A stretch of DNA of 64,000 nt from Candidatus Poribacteria bacterium (GCA_965208325.1 OZ242326.1:3392001-3456000); one strand, 5' to 3'; shown: positions 50,018-60,334, counted from the first letter of the stretch. Notes: generated from the letters alone by a model not told the origin. Program-made: numbers and translations.

Positions 50018-50181
50018 CTTAATTGGCTCAGAACGATCAAATGAGCGGAAAGTGAAGGGATGGTTTACTGCGAATCCCAACGCATTTGAAAACTTCGTCA
50101 ATCCAAATACAAAAAACTGTCGCGATTACTATCTTGTCTCTAATTTGGCGGATTGTTTAGGAATTTGGGAGGCTTTATCCC

Positions 50182-51465
50182 ATGGGCTACGCGCGGAAAA
50201 AACAGTGGACAATTGTAATACTTTCCGTAATTTTGCTTTCGGCTGTGGGCGTTGCCGCAGCGGAAAACTGGCCGCATTGGCGCGGACCGCGCAACGATGG
50301 CACCAGTCTCGAAACCGGCCTTCCAATCCAATGGAGTAGCACTGAAAACGTCCTGTGGCGGCTTCCGCTACCGGGCGCCGCCGGTGCAACACCGGTCGTG
50401 TGGGATGACCGCATCTTCCTGACTTCGGCAGAGGGCAGCGATCTGGTACTGTTGTGCATCGGAACAGATGGCGAGTTACTCTGGAAACGCACCTTGGGAA
50501 CCGGCAATCGCAACGTCCACGGCGGAGAGGGAAACGCCGCCTCCCCTTCCCCATCCACCGACGGCAAACATGTCTGGGCATTCATCAGCACTGGAGACTT
50601 AGCCTGCTATGACTTCGACGGCAACGAGGTCTGGAAGACTAATCTGGAAGACCGGTACGGCGGCTTCAATCTCTACTTCGTCATGGCATCCACTCCGCTC
50701 CTTGACGGTGACCGGCTTTATCTCCAGTTAATTCACAGCAATGCATGGCTCGTGCTGGCATTGGACAAATCGACCGGCCGTGAGATTTGGAAACACAATC
50801 GTATAAGCGACGCATACGCGGAGTGCGAACATTCTTACGCCTCCCCTTCGCTCTATCGAGACGATAAACGTGAATTCTTGCTCGTTCACGGTGCGGACTA
50901 CATCACCGCCCACCATCTCACGGACGGAAGCGAGATTTGGCGCTGCGGAAACCTTAATCCGAAGAATAGCTACAACACCTCCCTGCGGTTGGTTGCCTCC
51001 CCTGTAGCCGTTCCCGGACTCGTCGTCGTTCCTTCCGCGAAGAATGGGCCGGTCATCGGCCTGCGTCCCGGCGGCAAGGGGGATATAACCGGCTCAAAGC
51101 GATGGCAGCACTGGCGGCGAGCGGATGGCACGCCGGATGTTCCGTCTCCACTCATCCATGAAGGACTTGTTTATCTATGCCGGGAAAACGGCGATCTAAT
51201 TTGTATGGACGCCGAATCCGGCAAGCAAGTGTACAAAGAGCGGACGCACCGTCACAGGCACCGTGCATCCCCCGTTTCCGGTGGCGGCAACATCTACTTG
51301 ACTTCGAGGGACGGACGTGTAACCGTTGTAAAATCTGGGCGGAATTTTGAGATTCTTGCCTCCAACGACATTGAAGAGACGATCTCCGCGTCCCCCGTCA
51401 TCTCGAACGGCAAGTTCTATCTACGGAGCTACAAAGCGCTGTATGCCATCGGTGTTGCGGAGTGA
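50182..51465 (+). CDS. PQQ-binding-like beta-propeller exported protein
   Basis: Signal peptide, NWPHWRGP, repeated W/SP blades. Confidence 0.85.
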   Translation: MGYARKKQWTIVILSVILLSAVGVAAAENWPHWRGPRNDGTSLETGLPIQWSSTENVLWRLPLPGAAGATPVVWDDRIFLTSAEGSDLVLLCIGTDGELLWKRTLGTGNRNVHGGEGNAASPSPSTDGKHVWAFISTGDLACYDFDGNEVWKTNLEDRYGGFNLYFVMASTPLLDGDRLYLQLIHSNAWLVLALDKSTGREIWKHNRISDAYAECEHSYASPSLYRDDKREFLLVHGADYITAHHLTDGSEIWRCGNLNPKNSYNTSLRLVASPVAVPGLVVVPSAKNGPVIGLRPGGKGDITGSKRWQHWRRADGTPDVPSPLIHEGLVYLCRENGDLICMDAESGKQVYKERTHRHRHRASPVSGGGNIYLTSRDGRVTVVKSGRNFEILASNDIEETISASPVISNGKFYLRSYKALYAIGVAE

Positions 51466-51504
51466 ATTGCCAAGCACGGAGAATTGTGAAGTCGGGTGCC
51501 GCTC

Positions 51505-52422
51505 ATGAAAACCTACAAAGACCTACCCTCCGATGGCGGTTCTGATATCGTCGGGCAGGTGACTCAACAGGTCAACCGCCTGCAGAAACGGCTTGCATCG
51601 GTGCGTCATACCGTCGCTATCATGAGCGGAAAGGGCGGGGTAGGTAAGAGTTTGTTGACGGCAAATCTTGCTTCAGCGCTTAGATTGCGCGGATACGATG
51701 TTGGGATAGTTGACGCTGATATCAATGGCCCGTCAATCGCCAAAATGACGGGGGTGAGGTCGGTACAGATTATTTACGACGCTGCCGGTGTGAAACCTGC
51801 GGTGAGTCCATCGGGCGTCAAGGTGATGTCGATGGATCTGTTCCTCAAGAACGACGAATCCCCGGTGCTTTGGGAAGCCCAAACGCAGAAGGACGCTTTC
51901 ACTTGGCGCGGGACGATGGAGGTGACCGCACTCCGCGAATTCCTATCTGATACCGAATGGGGCGCACTTGACTATCTGCTAATCGATCTGCCGCCCGGTT
52001 CGGACCGGCTGCCGAATCTCGCCGATTTGCTGCCGACGCTCGGCGGCGCCATCGTGGTCACCATTCCTTCCGGCGTCTCACAGCTTGTCGTAAAGAAATC
52101 GTTGACGATGGCAAAGGCAGCACTCAACATACCGGTGATTGGTATCGTCGAAAACATGAGCGCATACATCTGCGCCAGTTGCGGCAAGACGGAAGGCTTG
52201 TTCCCGACTGGGAATACGGAGGAGACGGCGCATCAATTCAACATTCCGTTACTCCCCAAAATTCCGTTCGATCCACGTCTTTCAATCGCCGCTGACGACG
52301 GTGAGAACTTTTTAGAACACAACGCCGAAACACCAGCCGCAAAGGCGATAATCGAAGTTGGCAAAAAAATCGAGACGTTTTTTGAGAACAACACTGCAAG
52401 TGTGCCACGGAGCGACTCATGA
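51505..52422 (+). CDS. apbC: Mrp/NBP35 (ApbC) Fe-S cluster carrier ATPase
   Basis: SGKGGVGKS, DADINGPS, DLPPG, ENMS.Y.CASC. Confidence 0.9.
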   Translation: MKTYKDLPSDGGSDIVGQVTQQVNRLQKRLASVRHTVAIMSGKGGVGKSLLTANLASALRLRGYDVGIVDADINGPSIAKMTGVRSVQIIYDAAGVKPAVSPSGVKVMSMDLFLKNDESPVLWEAQTQKDAFTWRGTMEVTALREFLSDTEWGALDYLLIDLPPGSDRLPNLADLLPTLGGAIVVTIPSGVSQLVVKKSLTMAKAALNIPVIGIVENMSAYICASCGKTEGLFPTGNTEETAHQFNIPLLPKIPFDPRLSIAADDGENFLEHNAETPAAKAIIEVGKKIETFFENNTASVPRSDS

Positions 52423-52934
52423 AATTTCTATGCCTCGAATGTAACACGGCTATGCAATTTAAGGAAGCCGCAAAACCCGATCAAGGTTCATTAACGGCAA
52501 TCTTCGAGTGTCCGGACTGTTTTGCCGAGTTTGCAATGCACATGAACCCGTGGGAAACCCAAATGCTGAAGTCCCTCAACGTTCAGCTCGGCGGCAAAAG
52601 CGAAGCGGCGCAGCCGATGCAGATGGTACGCTCCTTTTTAAGCGAGCAAGGCGGCGCAACCGCCGCAACAGATCAGAACACGCAGACAACAACCATGACG
52701 CCTGAGTCGGAAGGCGGCAAGTGTCCGTTTACATCAGTTGTCGCAGAAGCATTTCAAGAACCGGATTCGTCCGGACCGGTATGGACGCCGGAAGCCTTAG
52801 CGCGTTTGGAGCGTGTGCCTAGCTTCGTCCGTCCGATGGCAAAGACTAGCATTGAAGAGTTCGCACGTGAAAATGGGCACACCGAAATCACCACCGACAT
52901 CATGGATTCTGCACGCGGCAGTTTTGGGATGTAG
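52419..52934 (+). CDS. Zn-ribbon plus PCP_red-like domain protein
   Basis: CLEC...CPDC, GKCPF, WTPEALARLERVPSFVRPMAK..IEEFA; ATGA-coupled to Mrp. Confidence 0.75.
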   Translation: MKFLCLECNTAMQFKEAAKPDQGSLTAIFECPDCFAEFAMHMNPWETQMLKSLNVQLGGKSEAAQPMQMVRSFLSEQGGATAATDQNTQTTTMTPESEGGKCPFTSVVAEAFQEPDSSGPVWTPEALARLERVPSFVRPMAKTSIEEFARENGHTEITTDIMDSARGSFGM

Positions 52935-53080
52935 GAGTATGTCGCAGCAATTACGGAAGAAATCTTCTTACACAAGTATTGGCAGACCAGTGTGAGGCGT
53001 TAATGTAGAACATTTCATTCTGCAGATTGTATTTACTTTTCTCGGCGGGACCGCTTCTATGTTTCACGGTACACTTATCC

Positions 53081-53578
53081 ATGCGCCAATTCGTCGAACT
53101 TGTCATTCGTTGGATACACCTAATCGCCGCAATCGTCTGGTTCGGCAGCGTCTTTTTTTCAGTCAGCATCGCTACACCGGTATTGAGGAAGCATTTCCAA
53201 ATCGTTGAAAGTGTCCGGCATACCGCCGAGATTCTGGAGCGCTTACGGCATATTATCCGTTTCACGATTCACGTGCTTCTAATCACTGGTGCGATGAACG
53301 TGTTCATCGTTGGATTGAACACGCAGATGCGCTTTTCTCAGGACTACGGCTATTTTGTTGTTTTTATCGCGAAACTCGCTTTTGTTGGATTGATGACGCT
53401 GTTCCATAGCCTGCATATCGCCGTTTTCAACCGAAGATTGGAATCAGCAGCGGCAAACCCAGATTTTGACGCTTCAGAGGTCTCCAAGCTCCAAAAGCGG
53501 GTGGACCTATTTGGAATTTTTACGATACTCACCGGGCTTGTTGTCTTTGCGTTATCGTTGCGTTTGAGAGTGGATTGA
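53081..53578 (+). CDS. CopD/DUF4149-like four-TM protein
   Basis: RWIHLIAAIVWFG, LLITG, KL...H. Confidence 0.65.
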   Translation: MRQFVELVIRWIHLIAAIVWFGSVFFSVSIATPVLRKHFQIVESVRHTAEILERLRHIIRFTIHVLLITGAMNVFIVGLNTQMRFSQDYGYFVVFIAKLAFVGLMTLFHSLHIAVFNRRLESAAANPDFDASEVSKLQKRVDLFGIFTILTGLVVFALSLRLRVD

Positions 53579-53615
53579 TAAACTAAGTGAAGCGTGTCAT
53601 TAGGGAAGTAAATAC

Positions 53616-54917
53616 ATGGAAACGAAAATCCAAGCCGTCTCATGGAATATCACACGGTTATGCAATCTCAAATGCACACACTGTTATCTCCCCGCCGGCT
53701 TTGTGGATACGAACGAGTTTCCAAACGGGTATTATCGAGACGCGGAATTGACGCAGCCCGAGTGTTTCCGCGTGATAGATGAGATTGCCGAAGTCAATCC
53801 CAACATCCTCCTGATACTCACAGGCGGCGAACCGTTGCTGCGGCCTGACATTTTGAAAATCTCGGATTATGCGGCTCAAACCGGATTCTTAGTGGTGATG
53901 GGTACGAACGGCGTCCTGCTGAACGATGAAACGGTTCGGCGGATGAGCGATCACGGTGTTGCCGGCGCAGGCATCAGTTTGGATGCTGTGGACGCGGTTA
54001 ATCACGACAAGTTCCGGGGGATGGAGGGCGCCTGGGAGAGTACGATGAACGGGGTCGAAGCCCTTAAACGGGCAAACCTCGATTTCCTTGTGCAGACCTC
54101 TGTGACACAGTGGAATTACGATGAGGTCCCGCAAATCGTCGATTTTGCCTATGAACTCGGCGCGAAGGTCTTTAACCTCTATTTCCTTGTGAGAACCGGC
54201 AGGGGGAAAACGGTGATGGATATCACACCGGCTCAATATGAACAGATGCTCTCGACACTCTTTGAGTTGCAGTCGAAATATCGCGGCAAGATGTTGGTTG
54301 CAGCGAAATGCGCGCCGCACTACAAACGGGTCATTTTTGAACAGCAATCAGATTCGCCCTTCCTGCAAGCCTATCCGAGCGGTACGTGTCCCTGCGGCAT
54401 CTATTACTGCCGCATTACGCCGGAAGGCGATTTGACGCCGTGCCCCTACATGCCGGTGAGCGTCGGCAATCTGAAGACGGATAGTTTCCAGACACTCTGG
54501 AACCAGTCGAAAGTCTTTCGCGAACTGCGAAATCGGGAACTGCTGGAAGGCAAGTGCGGCGCCTGCGAATTTCGCGACGTGTGCGGCGGTTGCCGCGCCC
54601 GCGCCTATGCCCAAACCGGTAACTATCTCGCTGAAGATGCGTCTTGCGAATACCAACCCGGACAGGTTGGCGGCCAAAACGTTCGGTTCGAAAAGACTAC
54701 CCCCTTTGCGGCCGAAACCGACTACGAGTTACAGTGGACGGATGCTGCGCAGAAAAGATTGCAGCGCGTGCCCTCCTTTGCTCGCGGGATGGTTACCAAA
54801 AGTATCGAGAATTACGCCCGCGAACACGGTTGCCATGAAATTACACCGGAAATCATGAAAACAGTCAAGGATCGGTTTGACAAAACGGGAATCCCGTCGT
54901 TTAGACCTCGGCGGTAA
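53616..54917 (+). CDS. radical SAM/SPASM protein (AhbD/NirJ-like) with C-terminal PCP_red-like domain
   Basis: WNIT..CNLKCTHC, GGEP, CAPHY, SPASM C..G...PCPY...GKC..C.....CGGCRARA; WTDAAQKRLQRVPSFARGM. Confidence 0.85.
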   Translation: METKIQAVSWNITRLCNLKCTHCYLPAGFVDTNEFPNGYYRDAELTQPECFRVIDEIAEVNPNILLILTGGEPLLRPDILKISDYAAQTGFLVVMGTNGVLLNDETVRRMSDHGVAGAGISLDAVDAVNHDKFRGMEGAWESTMNGVEALKRANLDFLVQTSVTQWNYDEVPQIVDFAYELGAKVFNLYFLVRTGRGKTVMDITPAQYEQMLSTLFELQSKYRGKMLVAAKCAPHYKRVIFEQQSDSPFLQAYPSGTCPCGIYYCRITPEGDLTPCPYMPVSVGNLKTDSFQTLWNQSKVFRELRNRELLEGKCGACEFRDVCGGCRARAYAQTGNYLAEDASCEYQPGQVGGQNVRFEKTTPFAAETDYELQWTDAAQKRLQRVPSFARGMVTKSIENYAREHGCHEITPEIMKTVKDRFDKTGIPSFRPRR

Positions 54918-54978
54918 AACACGGTTAACAAAGGTAAATTTCACGCATGACGCCCGCACACTTTGAGGAGAAAAAACT

Positions 54979-55392
54979 ATGAATAGTGAAAACCGAGTTG
55001 AAGACAGGCTATCAGCCGTTGAAGACCGGTTAAACCGCTTGGAAGTTTTATTGGTCGGCATCAGCCAGAAACTGGATCAGAAACCCCAGCCGACTGCGAT
55101 TGACGAGGAGAAAGGCGAAGCGTTCAAAGAGTGGGTGACCGATTACGTTTCAATGCGCTTGCAGCAGCTTGTGCCCGAAACATGCGATCATCCGGCAGAC
55201 ACGAATTCGCACGAAGGTCCGTTCTTGGATAACACCTCAGTCCGTTGCACAGAGGAAGTTGTTCATCGCGTCAAACGCATCCCGATTCCGTTTGTTCGGG
55301 AGATGGTGGTTCAACGTGTGGCGGAAAATGCCCGCCGTGCAGAGGTTGATGTGGTTGACGTGGAATTCTTTGAAAGTGCGGCGACCTTTTGA
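54979..55392 (+). CDS. coiled-coil plus PCP_red-like domain protein
   Basis: RLSAVEDRLNRLE; CTEEVVHRVKRIPIPFVREMV..RVAENAR; RBS GAGGAG. Confidence 0.7.
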   Translation: MNSENRVEDRLSAVEDRLNRLEVLLVGISQKLDQKPQPTAIDEEKGEAFKEWVTDYVSMRLQQLVPETCDHPADTNSHEGPFLDNTSVRCTEEVVHRVKRIPIPFVREMVVQRVAENARRAEVDVVDVEFFESAATF

Positions 55393-55868
55393 CAGTGCAA
55401 AGCCACGGAGGAGTTTCCTCTGCCGCATTTCCATTGGGAGGATTTTTTAACCACTCCGCTCTGAACCAAGACTCCAAAATCTTCAACCAAAATATGGATT
55501 GGGTGTTTAATCTTTTCTCCGAATATCTTGAGAACGACTTCAAGAAGCGGCTAGGCATTCCCAAGCCGACAGTGGACCAACTCTGGGACGCCTTCAAAAT
55601 CATGTTCCCGGCAACTTCGGCGAGACTCCTGGTGCAAGAGCCGGTTGGAAACACGGTCCGATTCAAACCGCTCGCCTTTTATTATGCGGACGAAATGGGG
55701 CCGTTGATTGAAGATGCGATGGGCTATATCAAGCAAAATTTCGGCGGCGGCAAATTCAAAATCAATTTCTACCAAGGAATGCAGTTCATCGCAACAATCA
55801 ACTTTAAGCCTGAAGGACCAGAAATCTGGCGCGATTTGCCGGAACTTGATGGGGCGGGGGTATCATGA
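55389..55868 (+). CDS. hypothetical protein
   Basis: ORF overlaps both neighbours; true start may be ATG 55494. Confidence 0.6.
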   Translation: MTVQSHGGVSSAAFPLGGFFNHSALNQDSKIFNQNMDWVFNLFSEYLENDFKKRLGIPKPTVDQLWDAFKIMFPATSARLLVQEPVGNTVRFKPLAFYYADEMGPLIEDAMGYIKQNFGGGKFKINFYQGMQFIATINFKPEGPEIWRDLPELDGAGVS

Positions 55869-56287
55869 CACTTCAGCAGACCGTAACGGTATGCCCCGCG
55901 TGCAACAGCAAAAACGTGGAGGCAGTTGACCAAAATTCGTCGTTCTGCCTCGATTGCGATTGGGACAATTTACCGTTCGTCTCGAAAAGAACTGACGCAC
56001 TGATTTCTGCGCTGCGTCACGGCGATCCAGAGGCGCGGCGGGAGGCGGCGCAGACGCTAATCAATATCGGAGATGCCAACCGGCACGTCGCAACGCCCGA
56101 CGACCTCAATCCCCTGCTCGAAGCCCTTGATGACACAGATGACGATGTCCGCTATTTTGCTGCCGTGGCGCTGGGAAAGCTTCGAGATACACGCGCACGG
56201 GCAAGGCTTGAGCACATTGTGCATAACGATCCCTCTGGACTCGTGCGCGAAGGCGCTAGAAGCGCAATCGAATGGATTGAAGATTGA
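55865..56287 (+). CDS. Zn-ribbon plus HEAT-repeat protein
   Basis: CPAC...CLDC; LLEALDD.D.DVR..AA.ALG. Confidence 0.75.
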   Translation: MTLQQTVTVCPACNSKNVEAVDQNSSFCLDCDWDNLPFVSKRTDALISALRHGDPEARREAAQTLINIGDANRHVATPDDLNPLLEALDDTDDDVRYFAAVALGKLRDTRARARLEHIVHNDPSGLVREGARSAIEWIED

Positions 56288-56349
56288 TTCGGCGGCTTAA
56301 TCCTTTCTGGCGCATCAACCTCAAAATCCTGCGTTAAGAAAAAATCCCT

Positions 56350-56769
56350 GTGATTGCCATTTCTAACCTACCCATGATTAATGCCGTCCTAAACTCGATT
56401 AGCGCGGCTCTGCTGACTGCTGGATATTTGATGGTCCGGGGGCGGAGGATTGAAGCCCATAGAAAGTGCATGATTGCGGCTTTCGCGGTCTCCGCGCTAT
56501 TTCTTACCAGTTATCTCGTCTACCACTACCACGCCGGATCCAAGAATTTTACCCTGTACGGCTGGATTCGCCCGGTTTACTTTACGATTCTCATTTCCCA
56601 TATTATCCTCGCCGCGCTTATCATCCCGCTCGCCTTAAGAACCCTCTACCTTGCCTGGCGCAAACAGTTTGCTAAACACCGCCGTATCGCGCGTCTGACG
56701 CTACCGTTGTGGCTATATGTTTCTGTCACCGGTGTAATCATCTATTTCATGCTATACCATCTCCAATGA
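56350..56769 (+). CDS. DUF420 (CtaM-like) oxidase assembly membrane protein
   Basis: LPMINAVLN, HRKCM, FL.SY..YH, SHI.LA, HRRIAR, WLYVSVTG. Confidence 0.88.
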   Translation: MIAISNLPMINAVLNSISAALLTAGYLMVRGRRIEAHRKCMIAAFAVSALFLTSYLVYHYHAGSKNFTLYGWIRPVYFTILISHIILAALIIPLALRTLYLAWRKQFAKHRRIARLTLPLWLYVSVTGVIIYFMLYHLQ

Positions 56770-57018
56770 TGGGTTGGTATGCTGCCGTTATTCAGGGGCA
56801 ATTTGGTTTGAAATTGCCGACAGCGGTGTAGTATACTGTCTTTTATAATCATTGCGCATAAAAATCATACATTTACTCATTGGTTTTTGGGAGAGGCTTC
56901 TTAGCCTCGATTAATAATCAGTCAATTCCTCCTTGTGTAAATATGAAACGAAACGACCATTAAATCAAACCCTGTCCCGAAATAGCGCAATCCTAAAAAG
57001 GAGTAACGTAAATCAACC

Positions 57019-57774
57019 ATGCCTGCCCAAAGTTCAACGCGCGCCGAGAAAAATTCACAAAGCCCGGATACTTTAGACCTATCTGAAATTGGTGCAACCA
57101 AAGATGGCGTACCTCAAGTCAGTGAGCGGCGGTTGTTTGTGCAACTTCAGGTGTTCGATGGGTGTGCTCAACCGCAAGAACTGGTTGTAGCTTTAGAAGG
57201 CAGCGGTCTAGAGGGTGTCCTGTATCAAGATGTGCACGATTCGTCCGGCGTGGGGCTGCTCTATATGACGGAAAACCCTAACGATCTGGTGACCGAACTC
57301 GAGCTGCTACTAAGGCGGGGTCCGTTTGCATCGCTGCGTCGAAAACCTGAATATACTATGATTGGCAGGACATATTCTTCCGGACGCGAGCCAAATTTAG
57401 AGGAATGGCTGCTGCGAAAGCCGCGCCGGAACATGCTGAACCCAGAATTTTCATGGGCGATTTGGTATCCGCTCCGACGGAAACCCGAGTTTTATCTGCT
57501 TCCAAGATCGGATCAGGGCAAGATTCTAGGCGAACACGCCATGATTGGCCGAGCCTACGCACAAGCGGGATATGCGCAGGATATCCGACTGGCGTGTTTC
57601 GGACTCGATCCGCATGATAATGAGTTTGTGATTGGATTAGTGGGGCCAGACCTGTACCCGCTGTCGCGGCTTGTGCAAGACATGCGGAAAACTCAGCAAA
57701 CCGCCAAATACATCGACTCGCTTGGGCCATTTTTTGTGGGCAAAGTCTGCTGGCAAAAACCGTTGGCGTTGTGA
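57019..57774 (+). CDS. chlorite dismutase / coproheme decarboxylase (ChdC/HemQ)-family protein
   Basis: WYPLRR..FY.L...ILGEH..IGR, FGLD..DNEFV, MR.T. Confidence 0.8.
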   Translation: MPAQSSTRAEKNSQSPDTLDLSEIGATKDGVPQVSERRLFVQLQVFDGCAQPQELVVALEGSGLEGVLYQDVHDSSGVGLLYMTENPNDLVTELELLLRRGPFASLRRKPEYTMIGRTYSSGREPNLEEWLLRKPRRNMLNPEFSWAIWYPLRRKPEFYLLPRSDQGKILGEHAMIGRAYAQAGYAQDIRLACFGLDPHDNEFVIGLVGPDLYPLSRLVQDMRKTQQTAKYIDSLGPFFVGKVCWQKPLAL

Positions 57775-57940
57775 GATTAGAAGCGAAGTGCGTGAAACCA
57801 CGCGTCGGTTCGCCGAGCGATTTCTAATCGCATCGACAATGAGTGCCGTGAAATACCGGCGTCTCGAACCGTCTGGCGGCCATGCCTCCATTCCAATTGG
57901 CCTCCGGCTTTTGATAATTTTCCAAACTCAAAGGCACATT

Positions 57941-58666
57941 ATGAAGAACATCGCTGCAATTGCGTTGAAAGAGTTGTACACCTATTTTGTTTCCCCGGTT
58001 GCTTACTTCGTGTTTTTTATCTTCACGGCGGTCTCTGGCGTTTTCTTTATTTTCATCTTTTACCATGTGTTTCGTTCCCAAATGCCAATCGACGAAGTTA
58101 TGGGGAGTTTATTCCCGACTATGAGCGTTATTCTGCTCTTCTTCACGCCCGCCCTGACCATGAAACTCTTCGCGGAAGAGCGGAAAAGCGGAACCATTGA
58201 ACTGATGTCGACTTCGCCCGTGAGAGACACGGAGATGGTGTTCGGAAAGTTTTTGGCAAGTTTCGTGCTGACGCTATTCATGTTGGTGCTGACTCTGCTG
58301 TTTCCAATCCTCATTGCCGCATTCGGCGACATCGATACGGGCAAAATCGCCAGCGGGTATTTCGGTCTTATCCTGCTGGCATCCACATTTCTCGCGCTCG
58401 GTCTCCTCATCTCCTCAATGAGCAAGAATCAAATTGTCGCGGCGTTGACCAGTTTCGGGATTCTGTTAGCCCTCTGGATAATTGGTTTTCTATCAAATTT
58501 TGCGGGACAGTTAGGTGAATTTTTGGCGTATTTCTCGCTCAATGAGCACTCCCAGGGCTTCGCGCGCGGGGTGGTCGGCGTCAAACATGTTGTCTATTTT
58601 CTGAGTTTCACAACCGTCTGCCTGTTCGCGACTGTTAAATCCGTGGAATCAACAAAATGGAGGTAA
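57941..58666 (+). CDS. GldF-like ABC permease
   Basis: KELYTYFVSPVAY, EERKSGTIELM.T.P, GKFLA. Confidence 0.85.
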   Translation: MKNIAAIALKELYTYFVSPVAYFVFFIFTAVSGVFFIFIFYHVFRSQMPIDEVMGSLFPTMSVILLFFTPALTMKLFAEERKSGTIELMSTSPVRDTEMVFGKFLASFVLTLFMLVLTLLFPILIAAFGDIDTGKIASGYFGLILLASTFLALGLLISSMSKNQIVAALTSFGILLALWIIGFLSNFAGQLGEFLAYFSLNEHSQGFARGVVGVKHVVYFLSFTTVCLFATVKSVESTKWR

Positions 58667-58669
58667 TCC

Positions 58670-60334
58670 TTGATGCCAGTTGAACCGAGCGGACTCCCAA
58701 AACACAAACCGGTGAATGGCGCAAACACCCAAACGAGCGACAAGCTGGGACCGCTGTTCGGCTTTTTCAGCCTCATTTTTCTATTCGCAACACTCGTTAT
58801 CCTGTTTCTCTCCAATAACCGTACATCCACTGTCTTCTGGATCTCCCTCGTGCTTGGAATCGCTGCATTTAGCGTTTTCGCTGCCAAGCGTTTTCAGGCA
58901 ATATTGCGCTTCTTTGTTAGCCGCCAAACGCGCTACGGCGCAAACGTTGCAATTAGCATACTGGCAACCCTTGGAATTGCAATCATCCTAAATGTTGTCG
59001 TTGCGCAACGATTCGATAAGGCTGCCGATTGGACAGCCGATAAAACCTTCACCCTATCGGATCAGACGAAGAACATCCTGCACGGATTGGTCCGCGAGGT
59101 TAAGGTGATAGCCTTTTTCAGTAACTCTCCAAACAATCCACGGTCGCAACAGCAATATGGACTCGCTAAAGATATGTTGGAAAGGTACAAGCGAGAAACG
59201 GACAAACTCACGGTTGAATTCGTTGATCCCTACGCAGATCCGCTGAAGAAAGAGGAGCATGGTGTTCGACTCGATGAAACAACAGTCTTTGAGAGCAGCG
59301 GTGAACGGGAGCGGGTAACAGCCGTTGATGAACAGATGTATACAAGCGCAATCATGAAGGTGGTTCGCGATGAGATTAAGAAAATTTACTTTCTGACAGG
59401 CCATGAAGAGCAGTCAATTGACGACTTTGAGCAGGGCGGCTATTCCCAAGCCAAAGAGGAATTAGAGACGCAGAACTATCTTGTTAAAACACTGGTTTTG
59501 ACAACCGTGCCGCAAGTCCCCGCCGATTGCGCGCTGCTCGTTATTCCCGGTCCAAAATCCCCGCTCGCATTACACGAGATTAACGCGATTTCAAAATACC
59601 TAGATAATAACGGCAAATTACTTGTCATGTTTGAACCTTCGATAACACGATCGGAAGATCCGAATTGGAACCTGGTTCGCTTAATGGACCGGTGGGGATT
59701 TTCGGTTGGCAATAACCTCGTGGTAGATTTATCCGATTTCCTGTTTATTGGCGGCATTACTGCACCCGCTGTCACTAGATTTGAATTCCATCAGATAGTG
59801 CGCCACATGCGTCAACCTGTTTCGTTTTTGACCGCCCGTTCCGTGGCGCCAAAGGAAGGCGCAAGACCACAACTCAACGCCAAATCGCTTGCCAAGACGA
59901 CGGATGCGGTTGGCAATAGTTGGGGGGAAACTGCGCGGAAAGAAGACGGCACTTTCGCCGAACCTGAATACACACCGAACGAGGATGCGCCGCCGCCGGT
60001 CTCGCTCGCCGCCGCGGTCGAATTGATGAACGATGAGGAAATATCCGTCAATGAACCAAAGAAAACGAACACTCGTATCGTTGCTGTAGGCGACGCCGAC
60101 TTCGCCTCAAATTTCTTATTTGAAAGAACCGGCGGCGGCGATCTATTTCTGAATGCGGTGAACTGGCTCACGCAGGAAGAAGACCTGATTGCCATCCGCC
60201 CGAGAGACCCAAACGAGCGAACCCTGCGCTTTATGACACCCGGCGAATTTGCATTCGTGCAGATTGCATCGATTTTTCTTATCCCCTTAATTATCTTCTT
60301 TGTCGGGTTGGTCGTCTGGTGGCGGCGGCGGTAG
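58670..60334 (+). CDS. GldG-like ABC transporter auxiliary protein
   Basis: D.T..K.FTLS.QT, YFLTGHEE, GDADF, NAVNWL, C-terminal TM-WWRRR. Confidence 0.85.
   Translation: MMPVEPSGLPKHKPVNGANTQTSDKLGPLFGFFSLIFLFATLVILFLSNNRTSTVFWISLVLGIAAFSVFAAKRFQAILRFFVSRQTRYGANVAISILATLGIAIILNVVVAQRFDKAADWTADKTFTLSDQTKNILHGLVREVKVIAFFSNSPNNPRSQQQYGLAKDMLERYKRETDKLTVEFVDPYADPLKKEEHGVRLDETTVFESSGERERVTAVDEQMYTSAIMKVVRDEIKKIYFLTGHEEQSIDDFEQGGYSQAKEELETQNYLVKTLVLTTVPQVPADCALLVIPGPKSPLALHEINAISKYLDNNGKLLVMFEPSITRSEDPNWNLVRLMDRWGFSVGNNLVVDLSDFLFIGGITAPAVTRFEFHQIVRHMRQPVSFLTARSVAPKEGARPQLNAKSLAKTTDAVGNSWGETARKEDGTFAEPEYTPNEDAPPPVSLAAAVELMNDEEISVNEPKKTNTRIVAVGDADFASNFLFERTGGGDLFLNAVNWLTQEEDLIAIRPRDPNERTLRFMTPGEFAFVQIASIFLIPLIIFFVGLVVWWRRR

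Noticed and set aside
48089..55392. Chlorophyll biosynthesis or photosynthesis inferred from PCP_red domains
   Set aside because: No bchL/N/B catalytic domains or other photosynthesis genes are in the window
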